DNA of 64,000 bases from a virus (IMGVR_UViG_3300005326_000040:128001-192000); one strand, 5' to 3'; positions 26,052 through 34,649 are shown, counted from the first letter of the stretch. Translations and numbers: made by a program. Notes: generated from the letters alone by a model not told the origin.

Positions 26052-26513
26052 ATGATCAAATATCTCAAAGGCGATGCAACTTATCCTCAAGGCGAAGGTA
26101 ATAAAATTATCGCGCATGTTTGTAATGACCAGGGAGGCTGGGGACGCGGGTTCGTTCTTGCTGTTTCAAAAAGATGGAAGGAGCCCGAGAAAACATATAG
26201 ACATTTGTTTCAAAATGGTTACGCGTATCTTGGTCAAGTTCAAAGCGTTAAGGTTGAACCAGATATTTGGGTAATGAATATGTTTGCCCAACGCGGATAC
26301 AAGACAACAAATAATCCTGTGCCGCTTTCTTATATCGCTCTTGAAGAATGCCTTACAACTGTTTGTGCTTCTTCTGTTAGTTTGAAGGCGACTGTTCACA
26401 TGCCTCGAATCGGGGCTGGGCTTGGGGGTGCCGACTGGAGTAGAATTGAAGCGATAATCAACGATATCTTCCGAGACGTTGATGTCTTTGTATATGACTT
26501 CCAGCCGAGATAA
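26052..26513 (+). CDS. Macrodomain ADP-ribose hydrolase
   Basis: KGDAT, AHVCNDQGGWGRGF, MPRIGAGLGGADW. Confidence 0.92.
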   Translation: MIKYLKGDATYPQGEGNKIIAHVCNDQGGWGRGFVLAVSKRWKEPEKTYRHLFQNGYAYLGQVQSVKVEPDIWVMNMFAQRGYKTTNNPVPLSYIALEECLTTVCASSVSLKATVHMPRIGAGLGGADWSRIEAIINDIFRDVDVFVYDFQPR

Positions 26514-26580
26514 ATAAATTCAACAATTTTTGCAACCCTAAGAACTTGGGCTAGGGTGTTGGAGAGATCGGGAAAATTCT

Positions 26581-27513
26581 ATGCGAATTGCCTGGATAAC
26601 GGACCCACATTTACTTTTTCTCTCAGAAGAAGTGCAGGAACAAAATGCAAATGAAATCTCTTTTCTCTACGGCCAAGGTCTCAAAAATGATCTTTCTCTT
26701 CTGGTTGCGGAGAAAAATGCAGAAATTCTGGCCCACAAAATAAATGACAGGAAAGTAGATTGCGCTATCATTACGGGAGATATCTCAGAGTTTCCACAAC
26801 TCGAAAAGATTTTCGAGACGTTCAATAGAATCGTAACCGTTCCTGTATACTACGTTCACGGGAATCACGACGCCTATCATGCCTCATTTGAAAAGCTTTA
26901 TCATCTATCTAATTCGCATCCTTTTTCCAAAGTAATTTGGGCGCAAAAAGGAATTTTCAAACTGTCAGATAAGATTTGTTTGACAGGACATGATGGGTTT
27001 TATGATGGACGTTTTGGTGATTTTTTTGGTGTTCGTCACGGTGGGTGGGCTATGGGGGGTGATAACACCTTCACCATGCCTGATTGGACACAGATCGAAG
27101 AGATGGCGGCACTCAAAGGAAATCGAGAACTAATCTACGATTTCATTACCCGTAAAGGGGATGACGCCGCTCAACATCTAAAGGACGTGGTAAGGAAAGC
27201 TGCGCAGACCTACGACACTATCATACATATTACCCATGTTCCTCCGTTTCAGCAATGTTCTAGAACCGATAATGGTGATGTTTCCCCTCAAAACAGTTTG
27301 CCTTTCTTTTCTTGCAAAGCAACAACGGATGCTTTGTTAGACTTGGTTGATGAGTTTCCGGACAAAAAGATTATTGTGTTTGCCGGGCACACTCATGCAC
27401 AAGCAGCGCTTATGTTAGAAAACATTGAGGTATATGTAGCTGGCGCTATATACTATGAGCCAGACGTATACTGTACTGTCGAAATTGACGAAGACGGGAC
27501 TGTCCGTTTCTAG
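26581..27513 (+). CDS. Metallophosphoesterase, CpdA/Icc-like
   Basis: TDPHL, TGDIS, HGNHD, ITHVPP, GHTH. Confidence 0.85.
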   Translation: MRIAWITDPHLLFLSEEVQEQNANEISFLYGQGLKNDLSLLVAEKNAEILAHKINDRKVDCAIITGDISEFPQLEKIFETFNRIVTVPVYYVHGNHDAYHASFEKLYHLSNSHPFSKVIWAQKGIFKLSDKICLTGHDGFYDGRFGDFFGVRHGGWAMGGDNTFTMPDWTQIEEMAALKGNRELIYDFITRKGDDAAQHLKDVVRKAAQTYDTIIHITHVPPFQQCSRTDNGDVSPQNSLPFFSCKATTDALLDLVDEFPDKKIIVFAGHTHAQAALMLENIEVYVAGAIYYEPDVYCTVEIDEDGTVRF

Positions 27514-27528
27514 ACTATAAGATATAAC

Positions 27529-27900
27529 ATGAACATATGGAATTGTTTCAAGGAAGCTTTTTCTGTAGCGGTGGCTAAGGAAGACCATCGAGGCTTCTTG
27601 ATTGGTGCGCTAGGAATTAGAAGTGACGGAGTTAAGGTCATGAGCGCTAATGGGCCTGTTCTTATTAGCGATAAATGTAAACACAAGAATACTTATCGGC
27701 GCGCTCACGCAGAATATAGGCTCTGTCAAAAGATTGACAAGGGCGCTACAATTTTTGTAGTGCGCATTGGTAAGAGCGATGGTAAGTATAAGCTGGCAAA
27801 GCCTTGTCCGGCTTGTCAAATTGTACTTAGAAGCAAGCAAGTAGCGAAAGTGTATTACACCATCAGTGAAAACGAATATGGTGTAATGGAATTTGATTAA
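27529..27900 (+). CDS. Zinc-dependent cytidine/dCMP-deaminase-fold protein
   Basis: HAE...KPCPAC. Confidence 0.85.
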   Translation: MNIWNCFKEAFSVAVAKEDHRGFLIGALGIRSDGVKVMSANGPVLISDKCKHKNTYRRAHAEYRLCQKIDKGATIFVVRIGKSDGKYKLAKPCPACQIVLRSKQVAKVYYTISENEYGVMEFD

Positions 27901-27978
27901 TGGCAGCGAAAATTTCCGCGCTGAAATAGAACTTCGACCCAAAAATCTGTAGCTTTTTCGCGGCTTACGCCATCTTGC

Positions 27979-28006
27979 TTGACAATCAAAATGAGAAATG
28001 GATAAT
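27979..28006 (+). promoter_or_regulatory. Sigma70-like promoter
   Basis: TTGACA-16-GATAAT. Confidence 0.55.
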
Positions 28007-28140
28007 GAGCCATGAGTCAGGCTGTCGTTTATTTTATGATGCGAATGATGAAAATCATCAAGAGAGGAGTTGAACAATACAGCAAGGGGTAGAGATGATT
28101 TACGTTATTTTTCTGAAGGCTGTGAAGAAAGAAAAGTTCA

Positions 28141-29658
28141 ATGATGAACCGTGATGATCTGTATAATAAGCTTATTTGTCTTCTTTGGATGTCATCTCCG
28201 TATCCTGGTGAACGTGAAGTAATCGAAGAGGATCTCCCCGCTGGTGGTGAGTGGGATGAATTTGGCAACTATATTATCAATCAAATGGGTACAGCAGAAA
28301 ATCCGTCCAAGACTCTTTTTGCGTGCCATATGGATACGGTTGGTTCAACCAGCTTGTTTGTAAACCCAACTTACGATCAAGGGTTTTTGAAGGTTGGAAG
28401 TTCTCACGCCGCGTGTCTGGGCGGAGACGACCGTTGTGGTATCCTTGTTCTTAGCGCTTTGATTGACGCGGGAGTTCCGGGCTACTATATCTTCCATAAG
28501 GGAGAAGAAAGGGGCAAGCTTGGGGCTGAGTATATTGCGAAGTCCACTGACCTTACTTGCTTTGACCGAGCCATTGAATTTGATCGACGTGGCGTTAGCT
28601 CGGTCATTACAGAGATGATGAGCGGTCAGGTTTGTAGCCCTGAGTTTGCAACTGCGCTTTGCGCGGAGTTGAATCTGAACTTGCCGGAGAAGGCTCGACG
28701 TTTTGCGCCGGACCCTACTGGAAGTTATACGGACGTTGTCGAATACAAGAAGATGGTTGCAGAAGTAACCAACGTGTCTGTTGGATATTTCAGCGAGCAT
28801 TCGGCAAAAGAAGAAATCAATGTTCTTTGGCTTATTGATTGTTTGATTCCTGCGCTTTTGAAAGTTCGCTGGGAAGACCTTCCGACGAGGCGTGACCCAA
28901 AAGCCGTGACGAATTTTGGGACTGGCTCGGGGCATACTAGATATTCCGGACATTCCGGACATTATGGAGGATATACCGGAGGAAGCAACTATAGCAGTAG
29001 TTCAAGCGCTTCCTCTTCGTCGAAGCAGTCGTCAACAACTCAGAGCCCCACTCAGCACGGAGGTAGTGGTCAGAAGACCTCCAACAAAAGTAAGCACAGC
29101 AAGCATGACACTCGTGCCAGCGCGCGAAGTTCAAAAGAGCATGAGCGAGACTACACTTACTTGTCCGCCTCGAAGATGTGGGTTCCAAAAGTTCATAAGC
29201 AAGATGCTTACGTTTCTTGGGATGACATCGACCTAAATGGGGCTGCGCATGATCGGTGGGCGGCAAATGACAGCGACGCGCCCACGAACGAGCATATTGA
29301 CACTGGTGATAATGCAGCCAGTTTCGCAGCGTGCAGCAGATGTAAGAAAGAAGATTTTGTGTATGAGTACTCAAGCGTTGTTGACCCGTTAGGTCTTCTT
29401 ACAGCGGAAGGCGGGCCAACGTTGCTTTGCGAAGATTGTTATGTTGCACAGTTGACAGAAGATGAAGAAGAAGAAATTAAAGAACTAAACGCTAAAGCGG
29501 ACAAAGAAGAAGCTGAGATTAACAAAGAAGCCGCAGCAGAAGCCAAAGCTGACGGTGGCGAAGAAGTGCCCGTGCTTGGGCTCAATGATATTGCTGAGGC
29601 GGAATCTGCTTGGATCAAAGAAGCACAAGACGCCGATTGTTCTGACTTTGTTCACTAA
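28141..29658 (+). CDS. M28/M20-like zinc peptidase with low-complexity linker and acidic tail
   Basis: CHMDTV, GGDDRCG, GEERG, EFDRRG, YTD, SVGY..EH. Confidence 0.85.
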   Translation: MMNRDDLYNKLICLLWMSSPYPGEREVIEEDLPAGGEWDEFGNYIINQMGTAENPSKTLFACHMDTVGSTSLFVNPTYDQGFLKVGSSHAACLGGDDRCGILVLSALIDAGVPGYYIFHKGEERGKLGAEYIAKSTDLTCFDRAIEFDRRGVSSVITEMMSGQVCSPEFATALCAELNLNLPEKARRFAPDPTGSYTDVVEYKKMVAEVTNVSVGYFSEHSAKEEINVLWLIDCLIPALLKVRWEDLPTRRDPKAVTNFGTGSGHTRYSGHSGHYGGYTGGSNYSSSSSASSSSKQSSTTQSPTQHGGSGQKTSNKSKHSKHDTRASARSSKEHERDYTYLSASKMWVPKVHKQDAYVSWDDIDLNGAAHDRWAANDSDAPTNEHIDTGDNAASFAACSRCKKEDFVYEYSSVVDPLGLLTAEGGPTLLCEDCYVAQLTEDEEEEIKELNAKADKEEAEINKEAAAEAKADGGEEVPVLGLNDIAEAESAWIKEAQDADCSDFVH

Positions 29659-29690
29659 TATGTGCTGAAACAAAGCAAGGAAAGAATACC

Positions 29691-31133
29691 ATGAATAAGC
29701 TTTTGAAGGATCGTGTTCGTCTTGTTCGCGGGATGGTTATTGGTTTGGATGTTCTTGCTACAGATACTTGTTTGGCTTCTACTTATAAAGACAAGCATAA
29801 TGAATACGTAACTCACTTTGTTGATGCGGTCAAAGCCGTTCGTAAGGATGAGGCCGGTCATTTCCTCTCAGTTTCGCACGAAGCTGAATGTCAGATTTCG
29901 TATGCTCGGCGTCCCGAGGATAAGTATCATGACATGAGGCGTGTACGCTCAAGCCTCGGTCGTTATTTCAGGAGGAATTTCAACTTCGAAAATATTCCTG
30001 ACGCTGTTTTGGATAAGTTTGTCAGTGTCGTATGGGCTGAGACAGACCATTATCTGGTTGACCCTAAGTTTTATTACGGTCAGCAGATTACTGAGTGGTA
30101 CAAGAATTTCGGAAGTTCCGATCGAAAGTCTTGTATGACGGGCGCTGAAAGCGTAAAGACTGAAATTTACGCTAAGAACCCTGATAAGGTAGCTTTGTTG
30201 ATTTGGAGTGGATTGCGCGCTCTTCTTTGGACTTGCGATGACGGCACGAAGGTGTTGGATCGTACGTATCCTAGCGGTCACGGGAAGATTCCGACCCTTC
30301 GTCAGTGGGCTAGCAAGAAGGGCTATGTGTTGAGGGTCAATCCCGATAAGTTGGAGGATAGGGATACCATTCAGTTGAGCGATAATAGTATTCGTCAGGT
30401 TACTCTGAACAAGCCGGAGCTTTATCCTTATATTGATACCTTCCCTTATGGCAAGATTAAGGGAGATAAGGTTGTGTTGACGAATGCGCGAAATGGCGCA
30501 GACATGTTTGCTCATCAGACCAACGGGTCTGTTGTTTATTACAACTCCAGGCGCTGTCATCATTGTGACAATGACGTGCGCAGCGGCACCGGAGAGCATG
30601 AGTTTGCTGGGCGCATCTACTGTGGTCACTGCATTAACGTTGTAAGCGGAATGTGCAGCCATTGTGGCGGGCGGTTCCGGACGCGTGAGTTGGTAGGTGT
30701 TGACGGCCACAATTATTGTTCTTCTTGTCTTTCAGAAGAATGTGGGACGTGTCCTCGTTGTGAGGAAACTCATACCCTTGATAACATGATTAGGAATCAG
30801 GATACGGAAGATTACTATTGCGAAAATTGTGCCGAAGAACATCTTGGACATTGTAATGCGTGTGGAAACCACATGAATCGCGATAGCCTCGTTCAGAATG
30901 CGGACGATTTGGATCAGCGTCTTTGTGGCGAATGTAGAATGACTTGCAGAGAGTGCGACCATATTATTGAATATGTTGAAGGCGGCGGAATCTGTCAGCG
31001 CTGCGAAAACGGTCACTCTATTGAAACGCCTGCTGCTGTTCAAGAGCCAACAGCCACTCAGGTTTCTGCTGCGCTTAACGCGCTTATTGTAGCAGCAACG
31101 TCGAATCCAGACACCGAAAATGAGGTATTCTAG
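29691..31133 (+). CDS. SCM/RALLW-domain protein with C-terminal CxxC repeats, paralog A
   Basis: KSCMTG...YAKNPDKVALL...RALLWTCDDGTKVLDRTYP; about ten CxxC motifs. Confidence 0.75.
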   Translation: MNKLLKDRVRLVRGMVIGLDVLATDTCLASTYKDKHNEYVTHFVDAVKAVRKDEAGHFLSVSHEAECQISYARRPEDKYHDMRRVRSSLGRYFRRNFNFENIPDAVLDKFVSVVWAETDHYLVDPKFYYGQQITEWYKNFGSSDRKSCMTGAESVKTEIYAKNPDKVALLIWSGLRALLWTCDDGTKVLDRTYPSGHGKIPTLRQWASKKGYVLRVNPDKLEDRDTIQLSDNSIRQVTLNKPELYPYIDTFPYGKIKGDKVVLTNARNGADMFAHQTNGSVVYYNSRRCHHCDNDVRSGTGEHEFAGRIYCGHCINVVSGMCSHCGGRFRTRELVGVDGHNYCSSCLSEECGTCPRCEETHTLDNMIRNQDTEDYYCENCAEEHLGHCNACGNHMNRDSLVQNADDLDQRLCGECRMTCRECDHIIEYVEGGGICQRCENGHSIETPAAVQEPTATQVSAALNALIVAATSNPDTENEVF

Positions 31134-31158
31134 TTAAATTCTTTCCAAGAGAAAAGCC

Positions 31159-32454
31159 ATGAACAAGCTTTTGAAGGACCGCGTTTACCTTATTCGTGCG
31201 ATGGAAAATGCTATTAAGGTTTTGAAGGCGGGCAACTATATTGACGCGAGGCTGCTCAATGTTTTGGGTAGCATTGTTTCTTCGATTCGCGCAAATGCTA
31301 ACGGACATTTTCTTTCTCTTTCGCAGGAAGTTAGCATGGGCGTTTCGTACGCCAAGTCTCCTGAGACGAAGTATGATTCTCAGAGAAGAATTAGAACAAC
31401 TCTGGGCAAGTATATTCAGCGGCATTTTATCAAGGTTCATTTTGCGGAGCACAATATTCCTGATAGAATGTTGACTGAATTTGTAAGTAAGGTAACCGCA
31501 ATTCTGGCTTCTTCAACATTGAAGCCAGTTATTGTGACCGGACAAGAGATTGTAGAACAGTACCGAAGCGCCTTTGGTCGTAAATCTCAGTCGTGTATGA
31601 CCGGAGAAGCTTCCAAGTATACTGAGTTTTACGCTAAGAACCCTGATAAGGTTGCTTTGGTATTGTGGAATGGATTGCGTGCCCTTCTTTGGACGTGTGA
31701 TGACGGCACAAAGGTATTGGATAGAATTTATCCGGTAGGGCATGGATTGACAGAAACCCTTCGGTCTTGGGCTACAAGTAAGGGTTATGTAGTGCGCGGC
31801 GTTCCGCCATACATTGACTCTTATGAATTGAGCGACCGTAGCAAGCGCTGTGTTACGATGAAGCGCACTATGTATATTCCTTATTTGGATACCTTTAGGA
31901 CTGGGACGTATAAGGATGATTCAAATAAGCGGTATATGGTCATTACAAACAATGATAATGCAGTTCCGCAAGGTAGGAGATTGTATCTTCATTGCACTGA
32001 CGGTTCGTATATTGACAACGGTGTTCGTGTTGCTCCGACTTTTATACCTGACGACAATACTGAGTTCTCTTGCAAGTATTGTAAGGGCCGAGGAATTGTA
32101 TCGGAAGGTCAAGGAGATTGGGCTCACGATGAAGGTTTCATTTGCAAGAAATGCATTTCAAATCCCGTTCTCTTCAAGTGCGATGCTTGTAACAAATACC
32201 GACGAAAGTCGATGTTTGGCAAGTCTCAAATGTATCGAATGATTACTATTACAGGGCACGGGATGACCGGAGAAATTCAAACGATGTGCCCACAGTGCCG
32301 GAAAGAAGCTAACCGCAACTATAGAGCTAGAGATTATGTGGAGCCGCAGCCTGCGCCGGTTCGACGAGCAATCGTACCGGGCTCTATTAACATGATTGCC
32401 GCAAACGCAAGGGCAGCTTCGCGTTCTGCTTATCGCGACGATCCTTCTTATTGA
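31159..32454 (+). CDS. SCM/RALLW-domain protein with CxxC motifs, paralog B
   Basis: Same MNKLLKDRV start and QSCMTG...RALLWTCDDGTKVLDRIYP core. Confidence 0.75.
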   Translation: MNKLLKDRVYLIRAMENAIKVLKAGNYIDARLLNVLGSIVSSIRANANGHFLSLSQEVSMGVSYAKSPETKYDSQRRIRTTLGKYIQRHFIKVHFAEHNIPDRMLTEFVSKVTAILASSTLKPVIVTGQEIVEQYRSAFGRKSQSCMTGEASKYTEFYAKNPDKVALVLWNGLRALLWTCDDGTKVLDRIYPVGHGLTETLRSWATSKGYVVRGVPPYIDSYELSDRSKRCVTMKRTMYIPYLDTFRTGTYKDDSNKRYMVITNNDNAVPQGRRLYLHCTDGSYIDNGVRVAPTFIPDDNTEFSCKYCKGRGIVSEGQGDWAHDEGFICKKCISNPVLFKCDACNKYRRKSMFGKSQMYRMITITGHGMTGEIQTMCPQCRKEANRNYRARDYVEPQPAPVRRAIVPGSINMIAANARAASRSAYRDDPSY

Positions 32455-32472
32455 TTAATAGTTGATTGGTAA

Positions 32473-32514
32473 CGGGGCTAGCTACCACATAGGGGCTAGC
32501 CCCGCCTCTTATTT
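32473..32514 (+). terminator. Probable intrinsic terminator
   Basis: CGGGGCTAGC/GCTAGCCCCG stem followed by CCTCTTATTT. Confidence 0.55.
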
Positions 32515-32538
32515 CTATAACTTTTCTCTAAAAAGAAA

Positions 32539-32916
32539 ATGGGCTCTTTCAAATGTCGGTGTATTATCCCCCATCATTCTGCTCGATTATCAGAAGACTG
32601 GACAGAAATTCTGGAAGGAAGTCCGGAGGAAGCCGCTCTAGAATTTCATTCCAAATTCTCTCACGAGTTTGGGCTCAAACATCGCGTTGAAGAAAATAAT
32701 AAAGTTTACTTTGTAAATTTTGCACGTATTGAAGTTGAAGGTTTTGGCTCTTTCGTCACGCGTATTTATCATTATGGTATCTGGCGACGAGGAGGAGTTA
32801 AACGAACTCTTTCTAAAATCGAAACGCTGGAAGGAATTGCAGCAACATTAAAATATGACGATGACCCAAACACTCTTCTAGCCCCCGGCTGGATGTATGA
32901 GGAAGAAGATAAATAA
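32539..32916 (+). CDS. Hypothetical protein
   Basis: ORF in string. Confidence 0.6.
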   Translation: MGSFKCRCIIPHHSARLSEDWTEILEGSPEEAALEFHSKFSHEFGLKHRVEENNKVYFVNFARIEVEGFGSFVTRIYHYGIWRRGGVKRTLSKIETLEGIAATLKYDDDPNTLLAPGWMYEEEDK

Positions 32917-33319
32917 TGCACCAGAAAGGAAGTTGAATCTGATGAATGAACGGCAAGTTAAAGTAGGAGACGCTGTTGAATTTTATGACTCTATTGCAAA
33001 GGAATATAAGCAAGGTGTTGTTTATGACTTTCATGAAGATCATATCATCATAAAAGATTCAAACAGAAAATTATATTTAGAAAAAAGATTCAACCCGATA
33101 GGAGAACATAAAGACCTACTGGATGACCTGCGAAAAGACAAGCAGCAGGATATTGTAAAAGTAATGCATTCAATCACCAAAGTCGAATTGGACAAATGCG
33201 GTGAATTGAATGTGTGGTTTTATGATGGAGCGAATCCATCTGTGAAGGAAGAGTTTTACAAAAGCAGCTTTACTTATAGACTGTTTGAATTGATGGAAGC
33301 TGAATTGAAAAATCCATAG
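32897..33319 (+). CDS. Hypothetical protein
   Basis: ORF; VKVGDAV SH3/KOW-like start. Confidence 0.55.
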   Translation: MRKKINNAPERKLNLMNERQVKVGDAVEFYDSIAKEYKQGVVYDFHEDHIIIKDSNRKLYLEKRFNPIGEHKDLLDDLRKDKQQDIVKVMHSITKVELDKCGELNVWFYDGANPSVKEEFYKSSFTYRLFELMEAELKNP

Positions 33320-33343
33320 CGTTCTTTGTTGTCGAGCACTTGC

Positions 33344-33371
33344 TTGACATCTAATAATCTTGGCGTATAGT
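33344..33371 (+). promoter_or_regulatory. Sigma70-like promoter of tRNA-Leu
   Basis: TTGACA-16-TATAGT. Confidence 0.7.
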
Positions 33372-33424
33372 CGGTGTTGTGAGCAGGACGACTGGTTCTG
33401 CTGAGTCTTTGAAAATTCAGGTAT

Positions 33425-33801
33425 GCCAACGTGGCGGAATCGGCAGACGCAGTGGATTCAGCTTTCAAAATGGATCGCCACAGCCGAAAGGCTATGGTAG
33501 TACGCGGCTAATTCGGGGAACGCTAAAAGGTAAAACAGGTTTTACTTCACGCCAATCCCGAGCTAAATGAACTCTCCAATGGTTCGACCAGTAGAGTTCT
33601 AAATGTGTAGAGACTATATACCGCGCACCTAAGTTGATGGAGCTTATATTGCGAACAGCTAAACGGCTTCAAAGATACGGTGAAGAGATAGTCCAGACCA
33701 CGAACACAACCAGAAACATGCTGGAAGTGGCGCCGAAAGACGAAGTGGCAGGCAAAATCCACCGGGTAACTCCCGTGAGAGTTCAAGTCTCTCCGTTGGC
33801 A
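33425..33801 (+). tRNA. trnL-CAA: tRNA-Leu(CAA) interrupted by a group I intron (exons 33425-33458 and 33753-33801)
   Basis: Spliced form: GCCAACG/CGTTGGC acceptor; GTGGA-TTCAAAA-TCCAC anticodon arm; long variable arm; GAGAG-TTCAAGT-CTCTC T-arm; A73; CCA not encoded. Confidence 0.92.
33459..33752 (+). ncRNA. Group I self-splicing intron, 294 nt, IC3-like, no ORF
   Basis: P AATTCGGGGAA 33510; Q AATCCCGAGC 33554; R GTAGAGACTA 33607; S AAGAGATAGTCC 33683; P1 with U-G at the 5' splice site; terminal G 33752. Confidence 0.92.
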
Positions 33802-34248
33802 CTATACATTCTTTTGAGGAAACACCTTCTCAACTTCCCTTACATATTTCTCAACTCCACCCAATACATCATAAATAAATCCAGGCGCAATACTTTTGAC
33901 AGCGTTGACTACCTGTGTTATCTCTGATATAATCCTTTGCTTTTCATCCTTTATATCCTCAGCGGCGCTAAAGACTTTCACAGCGACGATAGAATCAATA
34001 ACGTCTTTAGTGACTGTGAATTCTTTTTCTTTCTTAAGAAGGCCAATCAAAGCACTAGCGTTAGCTTTTGCTTTCGTTGCTATCGTAACAACCTCCGGCT
34101 TGGTACTTGAAGAAAGTTTTCCGCCAGCTTGCATGACATTTGAAAGTAGATTGATGGCGGCTTGAACGTTAGCATCCTGAGCGTTCTTGAGAAGAGAGGC
34201 TAGGACGGAAGAAGTAATCAGGGAGGAAGAAGAAAGTTTCGTTATCAT
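33802..34248 (-). CDS. Hypothetical protein on minus strand between tRNAs
   Basis: 148-aa ORF; no competing + strand gene. Confidence 0.65.
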   Translation of the reverse strand: MITKLSSSSLITSSVLASLLKNAQDANVQAAINLLSNVMQAGGKLSSSTKPEVVTIATKAKANASALIGLLKKEKEFTVTKDVIDSIVAVKVFSAAEDIKDEKQRIISEITQVVNAVKSIAPGFIYDVLGGVEKYVREVEKVFPQKNV

Positions 34249-34281
34249 TTAGACTGATGAGGAAATAGTAGTAAATCATTT

Positions 34282-34354
34282 GTCCTCGTAGCTCAGGGGA
34301 TAGAGCGGCTGCCTCCTAAGCAGCGGGTCGCCCGTTCAAATCGGGCCGAGGACG
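34282..34354 (+). tRNA. trnR-CCT: tRNA-Arg(CCU)
   Basis: GTCCTCG/CGAGGAC acceptor; GCTGC-CTCCTAA-GCAGC anticodon arm; TTCAAAT T-loop. Confidence 0.92.
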
Positions 34355-34396
34355 CTAAAAAGAATTCTAGTAATTATGATATATACATTCACATAT

Positions 34397-34468
34397 CGCG
34401 GAATGGCGCAGAAGCAGCGCGTAAGATTCATGATCTTAAGGCCATAGGTGCAAGTCCTATTTCCGCAA
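34397..34468 (+). tRNA. trnM-CAT: tRNA(CAU), initiator-like (C1-A72 mismatch)
   Basis: CGCGGAA/TTCCGCA acceptor; TAAGA-TTCATGA-TCTTA anticodon arm; TGCAAGT T-loop. Confidence 0.8.
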
Positions 34469-34472
34469 CTAT

Positions 34473-34546
34473 TGAGGCGTAGCTCAATTGGATAGAGCGT
34501 CGGTTTCTGGCACCGAATGTTGTGAGTTCAAGCCTTACCGCCTCAG
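34473..34546 (+). tRNA. trnQ-CTG: tRNA-Gln(CUG)
   Basis: TGAGGCG/CGCCTCA acceptor (U1-A72, G73); TCGGT-TTCTGGC-ACCGA anticodon arm. Confidence 0.88.
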
Positions 34547-34547
34547 C

Positions 34548-34624
34548 CGCAAGATGGAGTAAATGGCAACTCGCCGTCCCATATAAGGACGGAAATCTGT
34601 ACTAGCCTCACAGTCTTGCCACCA
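34548..34624 (+). ncRNA. Degenerate tRNA-like RNA with encoded CCA
   Basis: GCAAGA/TCTTGC acceptor with C1-C72 mismatch; GAGT/ACTC D-stem; CCGTCC-CATATAA-GGACGG; non-canonical T-loop CTAGCCT; ends ACCA. Confidence 0.65.
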
Positions 34625-34649
34625 CTTTGAAAAGAAAGAAGCAAGTCAA

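Noticed and set aside
33379-33927. ORFs 33379-33570, 33547-33786 and 33634-33927 as an intron-encoded homing endonuclease
   Set aside because: They cross exon and core-helix boundaries and show no LAGLIDADG, GIY-YIG or HNH motif.
34254-34265. Hammerhead ribozyme core CTGATGA...GAAA
   Set aside because: There is no stem II between the motifs and no flanking stems I and III.
34249-34280. Shared late-promoter motif upstream of 33802, 34913, 46481 and 52552
   Set aside because: Only loose CTA/TACTA words are shared, at inconsistent distances; this cannot be supported without a genome-wide motif search.
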